From assembly GCA_036170245.1 (NCBI GenBank), contig JAVHOV010000026.1:16377-33516 (forward strand): DNA of 17,140 nt. Reading direction: 5' to 3'. This document shows, in pieces, positions 1-8,478 of this stretch (its first letter is position 1; every line of letters begins with the position of its first letter). The notes beneath the pieces are model-generated. The model was not told the origin of the DNA. It did not search any database and saw only the letters and a program-made list of their open reading frames with translations. Made by a program: the position numbers and the translations under genes. The stretch is from an archaeon. Lineage in GTDB: Archaea; Iainarchaeota; Iainarchaeia; Iainarchaeales; JAAZKV01.

Positions 1-2909
1 GTGCGTACATCCACAACCTATCAAACCATTCTTCTAATGGCGCTCTCGTTTCTACAACTTGGTTTTTCACAAGGTCTCGAAATAGATTAATTATTTTTAG
101 GGATGGCTTCGTGCTTAGATGCATTCAGCTCTTATCCACTACAGCGTAGCTACCCAGCATTGCCTTGTCAGACAACTGGCACACCAGAGGCTGCGACGCT
201 ATGTTCCTCTCGTACTCGTAGCATCTTCCCCTCAATTAATCAACAACTCCAACAGATAGTATCCAAACTGGCTCGCACCGTTCTTAACCCAACTAACGTA
301 CGGCTTTAATGAGTAAACCCCTCCACCCTTGGCTGCTCATGCACAGCCAGGATGCCATGAGACGACGGCGAGGTAGCAAACCGCGAGGTCGATGTGAACT
401 CTTACTCGCGACAACTCAATTACTCCCAGGATAGGTTCATTGTAAGACTAGGGCCCTATTAAGAGGCGCACTAGCGTTCGCTAGACCCAAGTTTCCTTCC
501 AGCGTTTTATGCCATTAAAAACACTGTTAAGCCTGCTTATGCTCTTGCACTCTACGTCGAATTTCTGACTCGACTGAGCAGACCTTTGGGCGCTCCTGAT
601 ATCTTTTCAGGAGCGTGCCGCCCCAGCCAAACTACCCACCAAATGCTGTCCCCGAAAAAGGTAAGCAGTATGTTTTCATGAGGATGGTGTTACATTGTTG
701 CATCCGTAGCTCCTGACGAAACTACTTCGATTGCTCCCATCTACACTGTACGCATAAAACCATACCACAACATCAGGCTGTAGTAAACTTCCGTGGGGTC
801 TTCTCTTCCCGTTGGAATTCCGCAGCATATACACAGCGAAGTATGTTCATTCGGCTTAACCTAGGGACAGTAGGAATCTCGTTACTTCATTGGTGCAAGC
901 CGCCAATAAAACGGCAAGGTATTACGCTACCGTGAGAGCCTCAGAGTTAGGCCCGCTCTTCACAAGGGCTTAGATCCGTTGAAACAGATTTTAACCTACT
1001 TGCAGTGAGCAGAAGTCAGTCTCTATACAAACCATTGCTGGCTAGCAGAGACCTGTGTTTTTGTTAAACAGTCGGACTCCTCTTGTTATTGAAACCTGCA
1101 ATCTACATTGCAGGCACCACTTATACCGAAGATACGTGGCTAATATGCCGAGTTCCCTTAGGTTTAATTCCCCGAATACGCCTTAGCTTTTTCTGCCAGG
1201 GGCACTCTTCCTAGTTCTTGGTACGGTTTTCTAGAATCATATACTCTCTTTTTTCATGGACGCCAGGCCTCGCTAAAACATTGCTGCTCGTCCAAGTTTG
1301 TTCACCTTCTCGCCATTACAGCTCTCCGGAGAACTATCCTTGTTGAATCACACGACGGTGTGACAACAGCTAGCCCAATATGTCAAAAGAATATATATCG
1401 TTGCCGAACTTATCTAGAAAGTACGCGACTATGAACGCGTTTCCCTTTCCTGTGCGCCCTATTATGGGCACAGTTAGGACCGACTAACTCTTAGCTTATG
1501 ATAAGCGCTAAGAAACCCTGGCCCTTTCGGCGGAGGTGATTCTCACACCTCTATCGTTACTACTAATGCAAGGATCCATATCGCGAAAAGCTCCATTCGT
1601 ACTTACGTACAAACTTCTAAGCCATCCGCGCACCTACTTACAAAGATTCTTTCTAACTGAAAAAATTTCTACGTATCGGCAGTTGGTTTTAGCCCCGATA
1701 ATCTTCGCTGCCAGTAGCCTAGGTGGGTGAGCTGTTACGCTTTCTTTGAAGGATGGCTGCTTCTAAGCCTACCTCCCCACTGTTTTAGGATACTGACTAG
1801 CTTTACTAACACTTAACCAACATTTAAGGGCCTTAACGTAGAGCTGGGTTCTTACCCTTACGGATGCAAACCTTACGCCTGCACCCCTACTCCCGACTTC
1901 TGCGATGAATATAAATTCGGAGTTTGGGAAAAAAGTCAATCCTTTCGAATCGATACTTCTTAACCAGTATCTCTACATCATATTCCATCTCCATCGAAGC
2001 AACCCTCAGAGGTTTTTCAGCAGGAGCCTGCTATCACCAGATTCGGTTCGCTTATTACGCCTAGTCCCAAATCACCCAAGAAGATAGACTATCACTGGTT
2101 GCGGCCCTCCACCCCCCTCAAAGAGGGCTTCGGCCTGTTAAGGACTAGCTCATCTGGTTTCAGGTCTGGTCGCAGTGACTAACGCTATGAACGCAACACC
2201 TGATCGCTCGAAGCGACTGCGTGTTCTCGGTTTCCCTACGGATGCCCCCTTGAAAAGGGTTATCCTCGCCACTACAACAAATTCCCTTGCTCGTGCTTCA
2301 CGACGTACGACCCGACGCTGAAATAAATTATATACACAACCTCACGATTGTTTCTATAACTTACCTTTCCTTTCACGCCGAGCCTCGCCCGTAACCAGGT
2401 AGTTTCAGGTGCTTTTAAGCTCCTATTAAGGATACTTTTCAACTTTCCCTCGCGGTACTAGTACTCTATCGGTCTAGAGACATATTTAGGGTTGGAAGTC
2501 AATCCTCCCATATTCCCGCGCACTATCCAATGCACGGTACTCTCTCATTAGCAATCAAGTTTTTTTACTTCAAATACGAGACTATCACTCTCTATGGTGC
2601 TGCTTTCCAACAGACTTCTCTTCATAAAAAAACTAGTGCACTAACACCACAATTCCACATCTTTACAGAATAGGATTCAGTGCGCCCTGTTCCAATTTCG
2701 CTCGCCGCTAATTTCGGAATCCCTATTTGGTTTCTTTTCCTTCCGGTACTGAGATGATTCAATTCCCGGAGTTCCTCTTCATTACTGAATTATTCAGGCA
2801 TCTTTGGTTCAAAACCCGCATGCGGCTCGCCAAAGCTTATCGCAGCTTGCCACGCCCTTATTCAGTGCTCTAGCCTAGTCATCCACTACCTGGCGTAACG
2901 TTGCCTACT
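1..2909 (-). rRNA. rrl: 23S rRNA, archaeal type; 3' end truncated by the window edge, 5' end approximate
   Basis: Reverse complement contains the sarcin-ricin loop AGUACGAGAGGA (~206-217), P-loop CUGGGGCGG (~618-626), H69 loop UAACUCUGA, GAAGACCC with archaeal G2058, and the 5' motif GUGGAUG (2880-2886). 5' end was extrapolated from E. coli G24 = position 2886. Confidence 0.97.
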
Positions 2910-3202
2910 AACCAACGAGGGTATGAAGCACACGATTGTGTGGCCCTCGTTGGTAAAAAAGACTAAGTATTCGCTATGATATACATGACAAATCCTATGC
3001 AACAATTAATTCTGAACCAACTTTCGCTGATTCATTCCTAATTGCTTTGCCTTCCATCAGGAAAAAACTCCCGATGGGAACAATATCAATTGTAATCACA
3101 GATGTTACTCTGCAACTGCAAATTTGCTATCATCTTTCGATGATAACCTTAGTAAAACCGAAGTTTTACTAATTCGTCGAAAACTTTTACATTTCCGACA
3201 AG
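2910..3202 (-). other. tRNA-Ala to 23S internal transcribed spacer with several stem-loops
   Basis: Inverted repeats: ACCAACGAGGG/CCCTCGTTGGT (2911-2954), 3052-3080, 3128-3145 (GAAA loop on the transcript), 3149-3172 (C-UUCG-G loop), 3175-3200. Confidence 0.8.
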
Positions 3203-3275
3203 TGGACTCTGAGGGAGTCGAACCCTCGACCTCTCGCGTGCAAGGCGAGCGCTCTACCAACTGAGCTAAAAGCCC
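3203..3275 (-). tRNA. tRNA-Ala (anticodon UGC), intronless, CCA not encoded
   Basis: Cloverleaf GGGCTTT-TA-GCTC AGTTGGTA GAGC-G-CTCGC CT TGC AC GCGAG-AGGTC-GAGGG TTCGACT CCCTC-AGAGTCC-A, with the G3:U70 Ala identity pair and A73 discriminator. Typical position in an archaeal 16S-23S spacer. Confidence 0.98.
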
Positions 3276-3633
3276 TTAGTTGTATTGCTTGTCTCAAACT
3301 AGTTCCTTACCATTTAGGCAAGAACTTACATTTGAGCGCTTGCACCGCTATTTAATGGTCGATACCAATCTAATCCAATTTACAACATTATGTAGACTTT
3401 GTCTACGTGTTGACTTTATTTACTTTTTAAATCCAGAAAATTGCGATTTTCTGAGAAATAAAAATAATTGTTGAATGTGAGCGAGAAAAATACTCGAAAA
3501 CAACTTCTCTGCACTGATAATTTTTTACAAAATTATCGAAAAGAAAAAATCTAAATTTCACAATCATGGTAAAGCAAAGCTTTACTACGCCTCGCAAAAC
3601 TTTCGTTTTGCTCAGTTAAATTATTTTTTTTAT
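3276..3633 (-). other. 16S to tRNA-Ala internal transcribed spacer with several stem-loops
   Basis: Hairpins at 3293-3336, 3383-3412, 3434-3453, 3516-3537 (GUAA loop), 3568-3586, 3594-3611 (GAAA loop). Confidence 0.8.
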
Positions 3634-5119
<1,486 letters not shown>

Positions 5120-5569
5120 TAATTTGTTTAATTAAACAAAGAAATTTTCAGTTTGATCCATGATATGCTGACATCAATTTGATGCCACTTGCATGGAAAA
5201 ACATTGTACTTAATTTGGAATTGGTTTGAGCTATAATTCTCTCACCATGGCACTAATTAATAATTATTACCACTATTTAATGTACTGAATCAATATGATT
5301 CAATTCACCAATTCTCACATCCAACATCACACCAAAAAAAACTTTGGTGCTCACAATCCTTGGTCAGACAAAAAGCAGATTACTCGTGAAAGCATCCGCC
5401 AATGCCCTTACAGGGTTTATGAATATCAATTGAATCTTGACTCAAAGTCAAGGTGTTCAAATCGAGAACTTGAAGCCATTAGTACGAATACCAATAACTC
5501 AATTTTACTCTAGCAACAGGTGCCACCAGGCAAATCCCGAATTGCTATACATATATGGATACACCAACC

Positions 5570-5579
5570 TTTATAAACC
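5570..5579 (-). promoter_or_regulatory. Putative TATA box (GGTTTATAAA) of the rRNA operon promoter; start site around 5545
   Basis: TTTATAAA matches the archaeal TATA consensus. A hairpin (GCAAUUCGGGAUUUGC) begins about 25 nt downstream. The same 10-mer precedes the UbiA gene and rpl41e. Confidence 0.65.
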
Positions 5580-5887
5580 TAACGGGCACCTTTCTCGAAA
5601 ATCGAACTTTTGGGTTAAAATTGGTTTAATAGCCGAAATGAAGCATTTTATTGAACAAGAAAATTTCAAAAATTGACGAATTTTTCACTTTTTTTGACGT
5701 TTTTTGATTTTTAAGGGAAAAAAGGGGTTTTTTGATGAAAATTTGATTTTTTTAGTAAAATTTTAAGAAAAAAAAGAGATTATTGTATTAGTTCAACAAT
5801 CTTTTCAACAACTAGGGCATATTTTTGCTTTTTTAGTTTGCAAACTTTTTTTGTAATTTGGTTTTTGTTTTTTTTTAATGTTAAGTT

Positions 5888-6148
5888 TTATTTGTAACTC
5901 TTGTACCATTTTTCGTATTCTTTGTGTGTTTTAAAGCAATGCAAAACAAATATAATTTCATTTTCTATGTAATAAACTATTCTTGCTTGTTTTGTTACAT
6001 TTTCAACAAAGTAAGGCAACCCTGATTTTAAGTGTCTATTGGTTTCTTTGGCAGCGATTTTTTCAATATGCTTTCCGAACTGTTCATTTAGAGGATTTGA
6101 AATTTTCTCAAGTTCTTTTTCAGCAGTTTCAAGAATTCTTGTATCCAT
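5888..6148 (-). CDS. RelE/ParE/HigB-superfamily type II toxin (86 aa)
   Basis: RelE-fold pattern: N-terminal 'AEKELEKI' helix, 'ARIVYYI...IFVLHCF' strands, HigB-like C-terminal 'THKEYEKW'. Starts 1 nt after the RHH antitoxin stop. Confidence 0.75.
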   Translation of the reverse strand: MDTRILETAEKELEKISNPLNEQFGKHIEKIAAKETNRHLKSGLPYFVENVTKQARIVYYIENEIIFVLHCFKTHKEYEKWYKSYK

Positions 6149-6149
6149 G

Positions 6150-6386
6150 CTACCACTTGAACTTTTTTTTCATTTCTTCAAAAGATTTTGTTTTAATATT
6201 CCCTGCCTTCACTTCACACATTTCTATTTCAACTGCTTTAGCAACCAACCTTTTTTCTTCTTCTTCAAGCACTCTTTCGTAAGCCAGCAATGCTTGTCTT
6301 ATAGCTTCAGTTTGATTTCCAGCATATTCTTTTTCAATTATTTTCTGAATAATAGCTTCGTAAGGCGCTCCAACGTTAACATTCAT
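6150..6386 (-). CDS. Ribbon-helix-helix (CopG/ParD/RelB-like) antitoxin (78 aa)
   Basis: RHH pattern 'MNVNV..(helix)..YAGNQTEAIRQAL' and an antitoxin-like tail 'GNIKTKSFEEMKKKF'. Tightly coupled to the downstream RelE-like ORF. Confidence 0.78.
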   Translation of the reverse strand: MNVNVGAPYEAIIQKIIEKEYAGNQTEAIRQALLAYERVLEEEEKRLVAKAVEIEMCEVKAGNIKTKSFEEMKKKFKW

Positions 6387-6801
6387 GCTTAATCACTATA
6401 CATCTATTGTACATTAAAGTATATAAATTTTTCCATACTTCATCCTCTTCTTTTGTATTCCAAAGTTTCGCAAGTGATTTTTCACTAGCTAAATAAGTGT
6501 GAATTCCACTAACTTTTTCATTTTCTTTTTCAAAGAGTTTTATAACTACTTTTTTTATTGGATTTTTTTCCAATCTTTTTTGAACATCTTTATCTTCCAA
6601 GTAAAGTTCAACAGCTTCATTAAGATTACTCAAAGCTTCTTTTTCTGTAGCTCCTTGAGAAACTACTCCAAGTTCAGGACAAAGTGCAACAAAGTAAAGT
6701 TCTCCTTTAGTAATAACAGCAGAAAATTCTTTTTTCATCAAATCACTAAAGTACTCTTCTTTTTTGTTAAATAAATAGTTACACTTTTTAGTCAAATCCA
6801 C
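6376..6801 (-). CDS. HicB-like (UPF0150) antitoxin with an extra C-terminal 'SEKSLAKLWNTKEEDEVWKNL' motif; alternative ATG start at 6738
   Basis: HicB signature 'FSAVI..G..YFVALCPELGVVSQGATEKEALSNLNEAVELYLE'. GTG 6801 has RBS AGGAGGAG. ATG 6738 has a GTGA RBS and matches usual HicB N-termini. Confidence 0.8.
   Translation of the reverse strand: MDLTKKCNYLFNKKEEYFSDLMKKEFSAVITKGELYFVALCPELGVVSQGATEKEALSNLNEAVELYLEDKDVQKRLEKNPIKKVVIKLFEKENEKVSGIHTYLASEKSLAKLWNTKEEDEVWKNLYTLMYNRCIVIKHEC
6397..6427 (-). promoter_or_regulatory. Putative TATA box (TTTATATA, 6420-6427) and imperfect inverted-repeat operator (TATACA-N5-TGTACA, 6397-6413) of the RHH/RelE pair
   Basis: Spacing fits a promoter for the ATG at 6386. 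RHH antitoxins typically autorepress through short palindromes. The site is embedded in the 3' end of the HicB-like ORF. Confidence 0.5.
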
Positions 6802-6874
6802 AAAAACTCCTCCTTGAAGAACAAAACTAATTTTGTGCTTTAAAAGAATTCGGAACTAATTTGCCGACGTGATT

Positions 6875-7876
6875 TCACTTCTTCAATGCAACTTTTTTGT
6901 ATTCCCTAACCAAAATACCAATGTGCTTGTCAAGAGAGAATTTCTTTAAAGTATTAACCGCTTCTTTCTTTAATTTTAATACCAGTTTTTCATTTTCAAG
7001 TATTTCAACTAATTTCTCATCAGGCGTTGAAGAGTATGTCTGCACAAACCCCTTGAACATTTCTTTTACAGGAATATTTCTGATTAATACTGGTTTTCCA
7101 AATGAAGCTGCTTCAATTATAACTAACCCAAATGTTTCAGAGAATGAAGGTAGCCAGAATAAATCACACATAGAGTAAGCGCATGCCAAATCTTTCTTAT
7201 ATAATGCTCCGGTAAAAGTAAGATTTGTATTCTTGCTGTTCTCAACAAGTTCGTTAATTTCATCCTTGTTCTTTAGGTAAGGTAAATTAGGGACTTTTCC
7301 AACCCACACAAAATTGTACTGTGGCATTGCTTTGGCTGCCTCAGCAAATTCAAACACCCCTTTTCGGTATTGAATTGAAGCAACGCAAAGAACAGTTTTC
7401 TTTCCATTATTCAACTTATATTTTGATTTAAATGAATTGATTTCTTTACCAGTGACTTTTGGAAATCTATTCTTATCCAAAGGATAAGGGAGTGAAACAA
7501 GTTTCTTTTTTAATAAAGGATTTTTTGATAATTCTCTCATTATATGAGGTGAAGTAACAAACACTTTTTCACACGAAATATAAAATGTGCTTAATCCAAA
7601 ATCAAGCATACTCAAAACCATATCAGGAACTAACCCTTGAACTTCCCCGCTAGTCATGTGAGTTGAAGTAACCACTGGAGTTCGTGGCTGGTGAAGTTTC
7701 ATTCTCGCTAAATTCTCAGGTCTGCAACTGTGAACATGAATTAGATCATATTTATCATCAAGTTTTGAATCAATACTAACCTTAATCCCTCTTTTTGAAA
7801 GCTCTTTTGCAACAATATCAGCATAAACTCTTATTCCTGAATCAGGATTTTCATTAACAATAAAAAGTACTTTCAT
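6875..7876 (-). CDS. GT4-family (GT-B) glycosyltransferase, resembling CpoA/LafB-type glycolipid synthases (333 aa)
   Basis: 'DLIHVHS', 'VVTSTH', 'RKGVFEFAEAAKAMPQYNFVWVG', and the GT4 E-X7-E motif 'PSFSETFGLVIIEAASFGKPV'. GGTGA RBS upstream. Confidence 0.88.
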   Translation of the reverse strand: MKVLFIVNENPDSGIRVYADIVAKELSKRGIKVSIDSKLDDKYDLIHVHSCRPENLARMKLHQPRTPVVTSTHMTSGEVQGLVPDMVLSMLDFGLSTFYISCEKVFVTSPHIMRELSKNPLLKKKLVSLPYPLDKNRFPKVTGKEINSFKSKYKLNNGKKTVLCVASIQYRKGVFEFAEAAKAMPQYNFVWVGKVPNLPYLKNKDEINELVENSKNTNLTFTGALYKKDLACAYSMCDLFWLPSFSETFGLVIIEAASFGKPVLIRNIPVKEMFKGFVQTYSSTPDEKLVEILENEKLVLKLKKEAVNTLKKFSLDKHIGILVREYKKVALKK

Positions 7877-7900
7877 AAAAAAAACTCACCAAAAATTAAA

Positions 7901-8386
7901 TTATTGCTTAGCCTTTAATTCCTTAAACTGTAACGGAGAACCAAACGCCAAAACATTAGAAGGAACATCACTATATATTAGTGTCATCGCACTCACCAAA
8001 CTATTTTCTCCAATTGTTACTCCTGGCAGAATAAAACTTCTCGCCCCAATTAATACATTTTCTTTTAGGGTAATAGTGCCGTACCTAAACTCTTTGGTAT
8101 TAAATTCATGACATGCAAAAAAAGCATCTTGACCAATAACACAGCCATCCCCAATAGTAATTAATTCAGGAAAGAAAATATCTACTTTAAACTGAGGCAT
8201 TATTTGCACATTTTTTCCAATTTTTATTCCCATTAATCGGTAAAAGAAAGGCTTTGATTTTATTGGAGCTATTGAGGCAGTTTTTGCCAACAACCAGTTA
8301 AATGCAACTCTGTGAAAAGGTTTTATTTTCATCCACGCATAAGAACTTTCACCAATACTTGACTCGATTTTTGTTATATTTCTCAT
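7901..8386 (-). CDS. Left-handed beta-helix O-acetyltransferase, YvoF-like (polyprenylglycerol O-acetyltransferase family) (161 aa)
   Basis: Hexapeptide repeats plus motifs recalled from B. subtilis YvoF: 'PF..V..N', 'P...K...YR', 'DI.FPE.I.IG', 'HE....E.R.G', 'IGA...ILPGV.IG'. Confidence 0.8.
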   Translation of the reverse strand: MRNITKIESSIGESSYAWMKIKPFHRVAFNWLLAKTASIAPIKSKPFFYRLMGIKIGKNVQIMPQFKVDIFFPELITIGDGCVIGQDAFFACHEFNTKEFRYGTITLKENVLIGARSFILPGVTIGENSLVSAMTLIYSDVPSNVLAFGSPLQFKELKAKQ

Positions 8387-8407
8387 GTGCAGTAAGTAAG
8401 GCTTTTG

Positions 8408-8455
8408 ATATTAAAAACATTTATGCCCAAAAAAGCAATACAGCAGGTTTATAAA
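8408..8455. promoter_or_regulatory. Back-to-back TATA boxes: TTTTTAATAT (minus, 8408-8417) and GGTTTATAAA (plus, 8446-8455); both mRNAs probably leaderless
   Basis: Each box ends about 22-24 nt from an ATG (8386 and 8479) with no Shine-Dalgarno sequence. Confidence 0.55.
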
Positions 8456-8478
8456 TAACTTTTTTGATTCTATTAGTT

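Noticed and set aside
2315..2380. Extended helix 25 as a novel expansion segment
   Set aside because: A long H25 of similar size is normal in archaeal 23S rRNA.
5295..5676. Plus-strand ORFs 5295-5513 and 5437-5676
   Set aside because: They are antisense to the structured rRNA leader and promoter, with no RBS or family features.
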